Positions 49,831 through 63,987 are shown, counted from the first letter of the stretch. The stretch: DNA of 64,000 nucleotides from Ophelia neglecta (GCA_965285935.1 OZ260665.1:29946001-30010000), one strand, 5' to 3'. Notes: generated by a model not told the origin, from the letters alone. Translations and numbers: made by a program.

Positions 49831-52800
49831 GTAACTTGAAATAAGGAAGGGGAAAAATTTATGCTGCCTAATAAATCATGATTTTAACACATAAAGTTCC
49901 AGGCAAAGATCAAGTTGCATTCGAACCTAAATTTAAAAGTATGTGAACATGTACAGCGTATGCGGTGAATACTGGTTCATTGTGGTAATATGCAAATTGA
50001 TCCATATCATGTTTTTTTAGATAAATTCATTTTGTGAACTGTGTCATATTTCACTATTGCTCTTGTTCATTGGGTCACAGTGCTTTCAAAAGCCTTTTTT
50101 CTTTCACCAATTTCCACCCCTGTTGCGCACTAAATATCATTTGCAAAGACAACCCTCAACCCTTGGAAAAGAAATATGTGTCCCCAAGTCCTGAGGCACA
50201 GACTTGGCTCCAGCCAGTCCACAAAAAAGAAAACATTCAAATAGTGTAAAAAATACAGTCCAATCAAGTTTGAGAGGCACAGCAGGAGGACCTAGTCACA
50301 CAATGAGATAGATAATAGGAGGTGTTGATACCACCTAGTGTTGTGGAAGGATCTAAGGCGTGATACAGCTCCTTTCAGGCATGGTGTTTGTTACAAACAA
50401 ACCATGTCATGAAACAGGGCAGCAATCGGGGAAATTAACCAAACGAGAGGAATCATTTCTGATATACTGCACACTGGACGGAAAATGAAGATTGATGGAA
50501 TCGAGATGAATGCTGCAAGTTGTGCATTGATGGGTTCTGTTAGAACTGCACTGTTCTCGACTAATGTACCATTCCAGTCCTGCACCCGGCACTTGATGAA
50601 TGGTTATTTAATTATTGAAAAATACATTTTAAATTTGGATGGATGTAATTGAGCTGCAACATTGTTGAATATACAAAGATTGAGGGCAAAACAAACCAGC
50701 ACACATAAATGTATATATATATATGTACAAAGAGGTATATTTATGGTATATGTGTACACTACACGTTACAGTCATTGATTACTGCACAGATTGGCATAAA
50801 ACAAAATGGCAGTATCAAATTGTTCCCCAAATTAGTTTTCTGAAATGACTCAACCATAAAGATGAAGATTGAGCCACATTTTTACTGCGACATCTTGCCA
50901 TTTGACTGTAATCCCCCTATTAATTGTATAGGGGAGCAATCTGCTGATAATGGTGGCCACTCAGGCCCAGAGAGAAGCTTGGCCGAGTATTCCAGCCTCA
51001 TCTTGTCTCCCTGCTTATCACACAGCTGCAATTACCTCCTCATTCTGGCCCCAAATCTACCCCTATAAACAGGCTATCAATTGCTCTCAGCGCCATTGCA
51101 GGTAATAGATTATCTGGTGCTCCTCAGCGCTCCCTGGACCACAAAGCTTTCTAAATGCAAATCATGCAGACAAACAGTCATTCCTGAACTGTGCTATGAT
51201 TCAGAGATGAGGATGGAAACCATCATCATTCATGAGAGAAAGTCACAAGAATCAATAGAATGATATTAGGAGGTCCCATTTTCCTTCTTCCTGTGTCAAG
51301 GGAGAAGTGCATATACATTTTATGTATAAAGAAGGCATTAGCCGGTGTACCCACAATTAAACATTGTTTGGAATTATGACAAAAACAAGAATTGGACATA
51401 AATAATACAAGTATGCTATGCTGGGTTTCAGTAACAAAAGAGACATTAGCTGGACAAATGGACCTACATTTTAGATTCTAATAAACATCTACACCACTAT
51501 GTTTCAAGACAAACCACAGTCCTTTCTGCATATTAAACAAGGGTAGAAACCCATAAACTGAAATAGGGAAAACAACACCAGGGGTCAGGTCAGACCATAC
51601 CAAACATTTGTGCATTTGATGGTGGCAACCTGGTCCCAGACTACTTGTTTATGACCTGGGCAATTAGCTTAATACTAAAAAGTAGCAACATTTTCATGTT
51701 GCACATTTTAATGACAACTACAGTGTACCCCTATTATATAAAAACTAGAATGGGGCACCAGACTAACATTGGTTACTGTGAAAAACAGATGTGCTTGCAT
51801 AGATACAAGATCTTTCATCTCAAGGCATTTGGATTAAAACTATTGGACTAATAATTAGCAAGTAAGAATATCCAATAGAGGAAAATTATCTTTACCCAAC
51901 TTATAGATTGTAGGCTTGAACAGTTCATTTTACTGAGAAGCAATTAAATCAAGTTAAAATCTCTCATAAGCTTCACCCACTGATTTCATCATTTTTTTTA
52001 CTGATAACTGAAGTTTCATGTTAATATTTTATGCTTACTGATTACAAGAAACCGTAAGAGCACCCCTGACTCTTGTAATTATGAGACCCCCATCCCCGCC
52101 CTGCCATCAATGCCAACAACAGGGACTAACAATAATTCCAGCCTCCTAGTCAAATGCCTGAATCTGCCCACTTTAAGCCTTGCCAACATTGCTTCTTGTA
52201 AATTATTTGAGGGACTGTTATTGTCCCTGGCAGGCAATCCCATGCAAGGCATTTATCAGGCTAATATGATTACTGAGTCATTGTCTTCTCCATCTATGGT
52301 GTCCTGCCAGCAATGTTGCCTGGGCCAAGCCTATCAAGGGAGTAATCAACACTAAAATACCAACCACCTTACAATGTTCTTGAATGTGCATGACATTCAG
52401 CATTTGTTATATACATGTACATTTCTGCTTATTCCCATCAAAATAATATATACCTAATAGTGCAGAGAAACTGATAGCTCATGCTAGTCAAAAACAGTTC
52501 AATTTTTGCATCTATCACTAATGTATGATGTTTATATTGACTATTAAAATGACAAATTTGCCTTTTTCATCATTTTTATAGCTTGCTGTCTGCATTACCA
52601 GTACAGATAAACTGCTGAGCAACATAACACCCTATCACTAAATACCTAAATATAATATTGATCCACACATGTTTCAGTTGTGAACCTGTGTCAACCTCAT
52701 CCAATTTTAACAGCTATGTTAGCTGGATGGAATAAACAACTGGCTGGGTGCAGTTGAGTCATGCAGGCATCTAATACCCAATACACTCTCACTGTCATCC

Positions 52801-55800
52801 TTTTTGTTACCTGCGCAGGACTCAGCTGTGAAAAGTTACACGCAAGTATTGACATTTTAAATTGAGGTTATGGCTTTGGAGAACCAGTATGACCTTTTCC
52901 AGCTTTCTCTTTATTGGGAGATGAATTATGATCATGCCAGTTTTTGTCCTGTCCCCTGGAAAGTATTTCAGAAAGTATCACAAAAGCTGATCAATCCACA
53001 TAATAAATGAATGAAGGTGAAATCGATACAGGGCCAACGATACACCTGGCTAGGCAACATAAATATGGGGGAGTTCAACTAGACAGCGGGTTAATGCTGT
53101 AACTTTTTCATACATTTATAATCATCCTATGACTAACTGGTACCAGTAATATGTAGCAGTGGCATGCCAATAGTTATAGAAAAATCATTGTCAATGAATC
53201 AATATACATACCTGACATCAAGGACAGGCTGAAATACATCTGCTTGATGTGACAGATTGATGGTGGATTACGTTTACATGGGGGAAAAACAGTTCAATTT
53301 CACATATCTACTTATGCTTAATTCATTGTGTTGTATCCTTCAAACTACTGATAGCAGACCTTCCAAATCTCTTGTTCAATTCATCATATGCAGGTGTGGT
53401 AAATAGAAATGCTATTTAATGAATCAGCATGAATAAGAAGGGATTTTAAGACACTAAAAGTATGCACAGGCATGAACAAGGGGTACATGCTATGTATTTA
53501 CAGTAAAAGTTTAAATTGGAGAAGGTGATGATGCTTTTATACTCTTCTTTGGATACTGCTGCACAGTCACCAAAAACTTTTGATTGTTTCTAGTGTTCTT
53601 ATCTTGAATTATTCACACTTCTTATCCATATCTCACTCATTGTTTTTATAGTTCTTAACTTGCATGTTTCATCAGCTGAAATTCAATAAAGCCTGGGCCA
53701 TTAGAAATGAAACAAAAAACTCCTGAAATCCATTGCGTTTAATAGATATGAATATTTGGTGAATAACAATTGTGCAGATTGCTCAGCTCTAAAGTAAACA
53801 TGGGCCTCTAATTATCGAAGCTCTACTGTCCATTTTCATTGGCGGAATTCAAACCTAAATTGAGGCCAAGGCCAGCATGGGAGCAAACTACATTTCGTTG
53901 CACATTCAATCAATCTTAGCCAATGGTAAACAAGAAGACTTTAAATTTCCTCGGGGCGAGCAAACAGCGAGTTTTACCAGTCAAAAAGCATCGATAAACA
54001 GCAAGATTGCCCCGAACAACCACCATTTTAATGATGTTGACATCTTTCGTTGGATTGATGGAAAGTCAACAGAAAACTTGCAAGGGGTAAAACAGGGTTA
54101 TTATATGTTCAGGACAGGCAGGGATCAAGTTCAAAGCTAGGAAAAACATTCTCGGGTGGGCTATGTTGTTCCATCTACCATCCCCAGTGAAGCATTTCAA
54201 TACAATTTTCTGGCAAAAAAGGTTGTTTGCAGCTGCACCAGAGTAATCAGACAAATTTACTAGTGATTTTTGGCAAAATATCAACTCGAAGCATAGGCAC
54301 ATTGGTGTTTTCCCACTGTAATAATGTACCAGTCTGATCTGCCAAAAGGAAGATAGCTGCTGAGAGGAGAAGTCAGGCTGATTTTACCATCTGGAAGTAT
54401 GTATGGCAGATTTTGTATAAACATCAAAAACCCTCAAGGCCGAAAAAAGCAATAAAAAAATTTAAAACTATGGCATTTTAACCCAAAAGTTGATTGAGCT
54501 CTGTTGGTCCCTGTTTCCATGTACTTGTTCCTCACATCTGTGTAAATATACCAGGGAATTTATAAAGTGCAATTAGATCAAGTCAAAAACTTGAATGTGA
54601 TTACTTCATAAATATAATGAGTTCTAGCAAAATAAGCATATGTGGAAGGGTGTTTATTAAGTATCAGTTGGGGGAGAGCTAGGGAATGGAAAAACAGCAT
54701 GGCGGTATGATTTACATGTACAGTACAAACAGAGAGCAGGTTTATGTGTAGGGAAAATCTGTGTGTATAGTCTAGCACAGACCAAATGCAACGCATCATT
54801 CTGCACTTATGTTTTTTTTTGTTCAATTAGAGTTACAATTAAATGACATTCCTTTCATACGACATTACACAAGAACAATGAGTGACTTATATAGCGGGGC
54901 CAATCTTCACGCGGATGGTTTATGAGTTTTGTGAAATCACTGGCATTGATATCATATTCAGAATCAAACCTTTCAGGTAGAAGGTCAAATTAAGATGTTA
55001 TGGGCCATCACTATTAAGAAATATAGCATAATAATGATCTCTAAAACATTGTGCTAACAACTGCCACAAATGGGAGTTACTAATGGTGAAATGCAGTAAC
55101 CTTTTTTCGACCACACTTCAAAGAATAACTGCAATTTGTAGGTTAAAATGAGGTGACTCTTCTATGCACGCACTAACAACAGTTTTCCATTAAAGTTTTG
55201 ACAGGACTTATTTAGGCAATACCGGTGTGGCTTCATAACACTAAAGTTCTTCTTTTTGACAAGGCTCATCAATCATAAAGATGTGCCCACTGTCTACTTC
55301 TTGTCACCAGACCAATACACACTACACAATTTATCAATAAGTCTTTATTAATTAACTGAAAACCAAGAAATACTGCACGGTATGTTATACTAAAGTGTTG
55401 GAATAACTGTCAGATAATAGAAATATTGAGTCATCAATAACAGATAGTGTGACAGATATTTAGATATTTACATGTTCCTTTAAGAAGTTTTAAGTGACCT
55501 CGTGTAAGTTACCACACCAAAGCTGAAGTTAAAACATCAATTATAGCCAACTAAGACCAACGCCATTATCCTTCAGGATATTTTTGCCTGAGTGACTAAA
55601 TGTAGGGCTAAATGGCGCTTTAGCCTTTTCACTATGGCTTAGCAATGATCTATGTACTTGTACACAGTATAAAATTAATAATCTACACATCCCATTTATA
55701 ATAACATGAATGTTCCTATTTTTGTAATTGCCTGTCCTGTTTTGTTTGTTTGGGAACTTTGTAAACCGACTCGGGGAAGGCCATAACTGCATGTATTTGT

Positions 55801-56949
55801 ATTTCGATATTGCATTTTAATAAACAATAATTGGCTAACATATAGAATAATATGCTTCAGTTTTGTGCCATGGCCCCATGGAATGTCCAGATGACTGGGC
55901 TTAGAGCAAGGTCCTGTCATCTCTGTAATCTACTTTATCATCAGCAGACGATAGAAGAAAGGAGTGACAATGTTCATGGATCATCTCCCAGAACTGTCTG
56001 CATCAAATCAGGAAGTGAAAATGTGATGACAAATCAGGAAATATATAGTGATTGTTTCAAGAATGTTTATAGACTTTAAGTAAATTTTGAAAATTTCATG
56101 CAATACCACTTAAGTTCAGGAATGTATGGAAATAAGCAAGAAAGATATAAATTTCATTTAAACGCAGGTTTGCACATACCGTATATACAAGAACTGATAA
56201 GTGTAAGGCATACAGTACTAGTTAATATTTGAATGGTGAGATATGAACTGAAACATATCAAAATTTGAAATATCAAACACACATAGTCTGTATTTGCCTT
56301 GCACTTTCAGAATAATTTCAATTTACTTTGGGCATTCCTACTAGTTTGATTTTCCGACTTTTGGGTCCCAGGAATGAAACATAGCCCCTTGAATATCAAA
56401 GCTGTATATACACAGTTGTGACAAATTTCCTTTGCCTAATGTAAATTCAGGCCCAAACACAGTAATAAAGATGCCAAGTTGGTGCCAGGAGACGAGTGAT
56501 CTCGCCACAGAATGTGTTTGTCAGCACTTTGAAATGTTTTTTGCAAGAAAAAAAGACAAGTGGATCAAGTAGTAGAAACACAGATGTGAGATTGATAAGA
56601 CACAGAGTGGGAAGGCGAGGCAGGAAGGCAGGGCCTCTAGCTGCAGGGACACCTGAACACAGACCCCTCAAAGCTCCTACCCAGTCTGGACAAAAATAAT
56701 GGTACATGTATAAACACTTATCAAAACTGGGCTTAATATAGACATTTTGGCAGCAGACTACTTGATTTTTCATCTTAGGCTAAACACAGAACCCCAATAT
56801 CATGTTTACATGTATCACTGAGATTTTTTACCCAAAGAAAGACCACTGTCTAATTTAGCTTACATTGCAGGCACATTTGCATGATGTTATAAATGAATAG
56901 TCAATGGGTAAATGGAATTTAAATCAACAATGTTTTGCAAGTACTGTTT

Positions 56950-57900
56950 TCCTGCACAATAAGATACATAGCCCTACTGTGTCTTCTTCCAGTAGGATGT
57001 GCTCAGCCTGTGTTCAGAGAGCCTTCTATGACCAGATTACCTGAGCCAGCAGCCACTGGCACATGATGGACAAGACCACTGATAGTGCTTGATCATGCTC
57101 AGACCAACAACCTCCATAGTGTTTTGACGGCATCAAAATTAGTACCAATTGCATATTATGACTTGCACTGTGAGAAGGTCACCTGGTGAACATAACACCC
57201 TAACAACTTAGCTCCTCCGAGCAACAAGCCCAACATATCACACAAGCTACAGGGCGAAAACATGTAACAAATCTTTGGCAAATCGTGGTGGAGTAAAATT
57301 TATGTCTGCACACACAGACCTGCCACTCAAGTCATCATCATCAGCAAAAATGACTGTTTTGAGAGAATTTAATTTTACTGTTACACTAATTGATTTTCTA
57401 TATAAATGAGTCTTTGCAACTAATGTCTGAATGGGTTCCTTGTTCATGTTAATTAAAACCCATCACACAACCCTGACACATTAATATCTACCACATGTGA
57501 TTCATAGAAAAACAGGCAAGTAATAATTATGAACCTGCATGGACCCATGTAAAAATATCCAGTTCAAAGCTACATGCACATCTCCAGTGTTGCCTTGTAC
57601 ATGTTTTACTACTACAAACTTTGCCAGACCCCCCAGTGTAAAGCAATGTATGTTTGACAAGTCTGAAATGAGAAGTGCCAGGTACCGCACAGAAAAAATG
57701 CCAACAAGTACAGCTACCAGACAGGGGACAATTTGTAAAGATGCAATACCACTGTAATCACCCTAACAATACTACGCCACACAAGTCGAGGATCAGAGGG
57801 AGAAGTAAATCTAGAGCATGTCCTGTAGGTATATCGGGTGTTGAGCTTCTACATGTTGTACTCAGCGCCAGGACTGATGGGGCCCAGCCAGACGGGTTAT
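56950..57900 (-). mobile_element. Fossil RTE-like LINE reverse transcriptase fragment
   Basis: Degenerate RT motifs in correct order on minus: ...AVPG (cf. ISLLSVPGK), CQGCVM at about 57477 (cf. RQGCVLS), VIFADD at about 57354-57337, and WLR*SGHRRLSEHRL at about 57050 (cf. LRWAGHV.RM..RLP). Heavily deleted. Confidence 0.55.
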
Positions 57901-58061
57901 GGGCCCGCTGACTGACAGCAACAGATTGACGGGCTATAAACCTAGCCTCCCTCAATCTGACTAGGACACAATTTCAGCATGTTTCATTCCAACTTAAAAT
58001 GAAGCTGGTAATTTGTCAGAAGGGTGTAAACTGCAAAACATGAAGTATGCAGACATACACT

Positions 58062-58084
58062 GGGGGGGGGGGGGGGGGGGGGGG
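58062..58084 (+). repeat. G23 homopolymer (G-quadruplex-capable)
   Basis: 23 consecutive G residues. Confidence 0.95.
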
Positions 58085-59182
58085 AATTGCCAGGGTACAA
58101 AGTTCTTTTTACACTTGATCAATTAATCTGTCAAATTACCTGAAATTAGTGCAGTGTACCTATAGAGTGTTCCCATATACATGTAATTTAATATCAAAGC
58201 AGATTTAGTTATTCTAACAATTTATTTACTTTAAATAACATTTCCTGCTTTATGGAATAGTTTATTAAATATAATTAGTTAAAATATATCTATCTACTCT
58301 TATTCATAATAAGAAACATGTTTATCTAAGGAAGCATTACGGAGGCTTGTAATAGCAAGCATCAATTCAAGCCCCAGTTTCTCAGTCTGTGAAGGTTCTT
58401 TCACTTCTGTCTGGTGGATTTTTGAGAGTGGAGACACCTGTTTGCAGTATGTGTACTGTATTGAATACTACTGTTTTGGCAAACTTTCTGTCTATCTAGC
58501 ACTTGGTGCTATCAAGAGAGGGAGTTGATAAGAGGAAAATGAAGCTAATGTGTCATCACCCAATATCCCCTAACAATAGTAAAGCAAAGGCTGAATTGTT
58601 GCACTTGGTATCCACTAAAGACACAAGTACAAAATCTGCAAGATGTCAAAAAACTACCATATAATGACCAAGTGCTGAAGAATTAAACAATTATTCACTT
58701 TAATTGAAGAAAAGACTATGAGAGCACTCGACTGAAATAAACACGTAAATCTATTATCTGAAAGCCCTTGTTATCCTTAGTGGCAATGTGTCACAGGATA
58801 TTATTATATGTTTTCAATAAAAAAAAAGAGTTTTTTTTTCTTATTTTCTTTAAAAAAATAATATATCTATATAAGAATGATGAAAAATTACGCCAAGCCT
58901 CTTGGAATAATTTGCTTTACAAAATACCTCAAACATCCAGTATTTGCCAGGGATGCCTTAAGGCATTAATATATTCTTTGTTAAGAAACAAAATAAAATA
59001 ATCTCACAAGTTAAACCTATAGTCTGAAAAAGAATTAAAGTTTCACAGACAATCACAAACTGAAGCATGCTTTCTTTCCTACTAAGGTAGTATGTACCAT
59101 ATATAAACAATACCTGACTTTATTTACGTTAAAACTGCCACAGACCACATTTGATATCATTGTGTAGAGTGAGTGGAACAAA

Positions 59183-59893
59183 ATGACCCTGGCCAAAACC
59201 AGGCTCTTTGCTCCTATCAAATATACGGCAGTCACTACGGCAGTGACTACCAGCACTCTGGTCACCCCTCCAGCCGTATCGTTTACCGGTACGACCAACG
59301 AGTTGATGACGAGTATGGATATAACGATTACTGACTGTATAACTGTGATGTGGTACTTGTATCTTATTAACGCCAGACAATTGGGTGTGGTCAATGTGCA
59401 AGCCGTGTTACATAACCCTGTAACTGCACCGCATGTATCGCACACTGTTAGTCTTGCCTCGCAAAAGTCTGCTAATTGTACATTAAGTAGGGTCACGTTA
59501 TTCTGTGCCATCAGCTTGTGTTGTAACTATATTGGTTGGTTTACTGGAAAGGGCAAAGTTGTTGATATCGATAAATGTTGTAGCAGCATAGTTACCTTGT
59601 GTGTAACCTGTGTAATGTTAGTCCCATTATCTTGTGACCTCAGCAATGCTTCAGTCAATTGTAGCCTTTGTAGTATTTCAATGTTTTGTATATTATGTAG
59701 TCCGGCGTATTTCAGAATCTACGTCTATATTATGAATGTGTCTTATGGTTCATGCCCTTGTATTTGGTATTTTTTCTCGTCTTGCGGTGTTTATGTGTTC
59801 TGGTACAATTTTATGTCTTCAAGGGGTAGCTATTGCAGGATAACTTTAGTATATGCTTGTCACGCTACTCATGCACGTACATATCAGGCATAA
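59183..59893 (+). CDS. 236-codon ORF upstream of LINE ORF2 (possible ORF1 3' part); hydrophobic, Cys/Thr-rich, no recognisable domain
   Basis: Stop-free for 236 codons in AT-rich DNA. Its TAA (59891-59893) overlaps the ORF2 ATG (59893-59895). It contains a 12-bp tandem TACGGCAGT(C/G)AC. The ATG at 59183 may lie in host flank. Confidence 0.45.
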   Translation: MTLAKTRLFAPIKYTAVTTAVTTSTLVTPPAVSFTGTTNELMTSMDITITDCITVMWYLYLINARQLGVVNVQAVLHNPVTAPHVSHTVSLASQKSANCTLSRVTLFCAISLCCNYIGWFTGKGKVVDIDKCCSSIVTLCVTCVMLVPLSCDLSNASVNCSLCSISMFCILCSPAYFRIYVYIMNVSYGSCPCIWYFFSSCGVYVFWYNFMSSRGSYCRITLVYACHATHARTYQA

Positions 59894-62800
59894 TGGTAAA
59901 GTCTAGCTCTAACTTGTTAACCTGTATCTCTTGGAATGCCCACGGCATTCACGGCAAATTAGATTACCTAAAGCAGCTACTGTGTACTTGTGATATACTG
60001 TTTTTATCGGAGCATTGGTTATTCCAGTGCGAACATTATAAACTGGCAGATGTAAGTAGCGATTTCTGGGTATTTGCTAAGTCAAGTGACCGCCTTCATT
60101 GTGTTAATTACGGTTCTGTGATTGGTCACGGTGGAGTAGCTGTATTTTGGAGAAAGAGTGTTAGTGGTGTAGTTGATAATGAGAGATGCAGTGACAGAGC
60201 ACTGTGCCTTGAAGTTCATGAAGTTCATGAAAATGGCAAGAGTCCGAATACTGTAGTTACTTTTATAGGAGCTTACCTCCCCTACGTAGGATGTGCAATT
60301 GCTGATTACAATGTTGTGTTAGGCGAACTTGATGAGTATATGCGTACTATTACCAGTCCTGTTATATTGATGGGTGACCTAAATATTCACTTTGGCCCTG
60401 AGTATGGGGTCAGAGGTTGGGGGGTCTCCAGCACTAATGCGTCAACATTCTCTACGGCTATGGTGCGGGCAGATTGTACGGTATATGACATTGCTTGTGC
60501 TTGTGATGGCCCTGCGTACAGCTTCTCGAACAGCAGGGGCCACACCTCCTACATCGACCATCTCGTGGTATCTAACCAGCTGATTGAATTAGTCACAGAG
60601 TGTAAAATCCTGGATGACTGTCTTAATACATCTGACCACCTCCCGCTGTGGGCGGCCATACACATCAACGGTGCAAAGTGTAGCAGTATGGTTTCTGAGG
60701 CCAGTGGCAGAAGGAAGTGGTCTAAACTTAGTTCACGCGAGATAGAGCACTTGTATACTGCACCCCTGAAAGAAAGGCTGTCGAACACCCTCAGGCGGTA
60801 TGGACTAAGTATATTACCCGAAGACTCATGCTATACAGCGAGACTCAGGCCGGAGCAGATAGACCCCTTTCTGGACGAAGTGCATGACGACATGATACAG
60901 GCCTCCAGCAGTGGCATACCCAAATCTAAATATTCCAAACACGTAAAGCCGTACTGGAATCGTGATCTGTCTAATCACAAGAAGTCCAACCTCGCTGCGC
61001 GTTGGAGGTGGAAACAAGCAGGAGAACCACGAGATCCAGAGCACCCACTCTTCCGTGCCTACAAGGAGGAGAAGCGATTATACAGAAAGAACCGGAGATT
61101 AGTGGAAAGAGGTTATGAAATGGCTCAGGAAATCGAGATTCTTCGTACCAGGGAAGTGGACCAACGGCACTTCTATTACCTCGCCAATAAACGACGGACT
61201 GGTCCGAAAGGCCCCCGCTTTTCAGCCATAAAGTCTGAAGGTGGGGCGCTAATTAACGACCTACCTGAGATGTGTAACGACTGGAAGGAGTACTTCTGTA
61301 AGTTGGCAACTCCGTCTGAAGACCCACACTATGACGCTAACTTCAAGAGGAAGATTGAGAGTGAAGTACAGCAAATGGAAGTCTCGGCCACGGTTAACCC
61401 TTGTAAATTCCTGGAATTACCTGTTTCCACACAAGAGGTTGGCAGTGTGATCAAAGGACTAAAACGTGGGAAGGCCGGAGGTTGGGACGACGTAGATCCC
61501 GAGCATTACAGCTACGGTGGTATAGCCGTGAGGGTCGCGACGACAATCATAATGAATAGTATCATCGACTGTAATCACATACCTCTGAACTTCAGACAAG
61601 GTGTTGCCATCCCTCTACATAAAGGAGGAAACAAATGTAAGCAGAACAAGGACAACTACAGGAAGATAACATTGCTTACTATTACCTGTAAAATCTTTGA
61701 GGGCATTTTGTTGCGTAGAATTGATCCGTGGCTACTGCGAGATGACCGCCTAGGCAGGCTACAGGGCGCCGCCTTTCCAGGTTGCTCGTGCAAGGAAACG
61801 TCTCTCCTTGTGCGTGAAACGGTGGAGTACAACCGGACCCGGGGAAGTGATGTGTTCGTGGCCTTTCTAGATACGCAAAAGGCATTTGATCGTGTGTGGA
61901 TTGACGGTCTGTTTCATAAACTGTACTCTCTAGGTGTGCAGGGTAAAATGTGGACTTTGTTGAGGAGCTGGTACCAAGACTTTAAGTGTGTCGCGAGACT
62001 TGGGACTGTCATTTCCACCGCATTCCCTATCAACCAGGGAGTGTTCCAGGGAGGACGTTTGTCCATGCGGCTGTATCAAGTTTTTGCCGCTGGTCTCCTT
62101 GAAGCCCTCGAGAAGGTTGGATGTGGAGCGTCCGTCTATAGTCATAAATGCGGGAACCCGGCCTATGCGGATGACGTGGCTCTAGTAGCACTACACCTGA
62201 GCGCCATCCAGAAACTTCTGGTTACTGCGGAACGGTATAGTAAACAATGGCGGTTCTCCTTCAACCCAAGGAAAACTGAACTGCTGAAATTTGAAGCGAA
62301 GGAAGGATACACCAAGCGTGTCCCAACACCTAGCGTTGAGATGTCCGGTGTACGAGTACATGCTTCCGAAGGCTGCATACATCTAGGCGCGCCGATGGGA
62401 GACTCGCGAACCTTCCTCGACTCCCAACTGGAAGACAGGCTTGTTAAGGCTGGCTCAAAGTGCCAGGCGATGTTTGGGATAGGAACTAGTTTCCAGGGAA
62501 TACAACCAGTTCTCGCGTCTAAACTGTACCTGTCTGTTGTCCTTCCTGCCCTAATGTATGGACTCGAGCTGGTGCAGATGACTCCGTCCCAGATGGACAG
62601 GCTCGAGAAGTTCCACCGGTACTGGGGCAAGCGTTTCCAACGTCTCCCTTTAACTACCTCGACTCCCGCCGCTTACTCACTGCTGGGATGGAGAAGCATT
62701 CGGGATGAGTTGGCTTACTACCGACTGTGTAATCTCAGAGGCTCCCTTGACCGCGAAGCGGGGTGGCTGAAATACCTAGTCATAGAACTACTAGCGAACG

Positions 62801-63987
62801 CTGAATTTTCACCAACCGTAAGTCCACTCTCTCAAACCGTGATGACATGTCGTAAATACGGATTGACGACTGCCCTTGACGATATGCTCTTGACCGGTAT
62901 AGTTCCATCCAAATCCAACTGGAAAAGAACTATTCGCTCGGCCATAGACAGCGCCAGGAAGAGAGAGTGGATAGCCATGTCGCTTACATACCCAAAGCTA
63001 AAGGTTTTAAGACATTATGCTAGGGACTCAGATATGCCACTGGTCATGTGCGCGTGGTGGCTAATAGCTGCGGAACACCCTGAGTCACTACCTGCCTGTA
63101 GGACAATGGTTAAGCTGGTGTTAGGAGAGGCGGGACTAGCTAAGTACCGTCGGAACACATGTACTGGTCGCACGACTAGTATTTGTCCTATTTGCGGGGA
63201 AGAATAGGAAACAGAGGCACACTTTCTGCTTCGCTGTTCTCGGCTTCGGGAGGAGCGAGTAACCCTTGACATTGCCATGTCTGTCAAGGCTATTGTCAGC
63301 CCCATTCCCCCACCCTCTGGAGATGGAACTGCGTGGGACGATCGCCGTTGCCAGTGGCTACTAGGTTGTGGTCAGCGCTATGATCCTGACACAACGGAGG
63401 TTAATGTACAGGTGGCGCTCGCTGTTGACAGGATGTTCACATCACGGACGCAGAGGCTGGGCCGGGACCTCACGGCACAGTAGGTCGTGTGCTGTACATA
63501 CCTGCCGCATTACTGCCATATAAAAGCTACTCGCTTAATTATTGCTACCATAAGCTAACACGCAACTCCTCGGTAGTGTTTTATATCTGGGGTGTGAGGT
63601 GTGAAATAGAAGTCTGAGCTAGTAACGTTTTAATGTTTGTATGATGTAGCCACCTGTGGCTAGCTAGTGTTTGCTTGCTCACCAGTTGTGTGCTAGGCCC
63701 ATCTTAGTCATTCTAGCGGTATGAGATGCTTACTGTAGTTGTATATTACGTAATGACTCATAGTTATCGGATCTCATTGTATATAGTCTAATTGTGATAT
63801 TCTTAACATTAACATTATTATTCAGTTCAACAACCTTAGAAATTTTGATATACTTTGTATTACAGTGGTTTTTGGTGTCCGGGTTAAATAATTTATTTTT
63901 CATCTAATTTGCTATCTATTATGTATGTACCGTCACGCAGAGCTATCTGCACTCTCCCATGAGGAGGAATAAAACACATATATATAT
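59220..63987 (+). mobile_element. Young, probably 5'-truncated APE-RT non-LTR retrotransposon (clade unresolved; Proto2 or L2-group candidate)
   Basis: CpG-rich block against CpG-poor flank. It has a long ORF2 and a 3' UTR of about 500 nt ending in stem-loops (GCAGA-GCTA-TCTGC; CTCC-CATGA-GGAG), AATAAA and a (TA)n tail. The 5' boundary is approximate and no clear target-site duplication was found. Confidence 0.93.
59893..63483 (+). pseudogene. LINE ORF2 (AP endonuclease, reverse transcriptase, CCHC finger; 1196 codons) with one in-frame TAG at 63205-63207
   Basis: APE motifs SWNAHG, LSEHWL, GGVAVFW, YLP, MGDLN, SYIDH, SDHLP. RT motifs KAGGWD, NYRKITLL, FLDTQKAFDRVW, QGVFQGGRLS, YADD. The finger reads CPICGEE*ETEAHFLLRC and the same frame stays open to TAG at 63483. 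Confidence 0.93.

Noticed and set aside
60392-63305. Short ORFs nested in or antisense to LINE ORF2, and similarly those overlapping RGM exons
   Set aside because: Shadow ORFs of real coding sequence.
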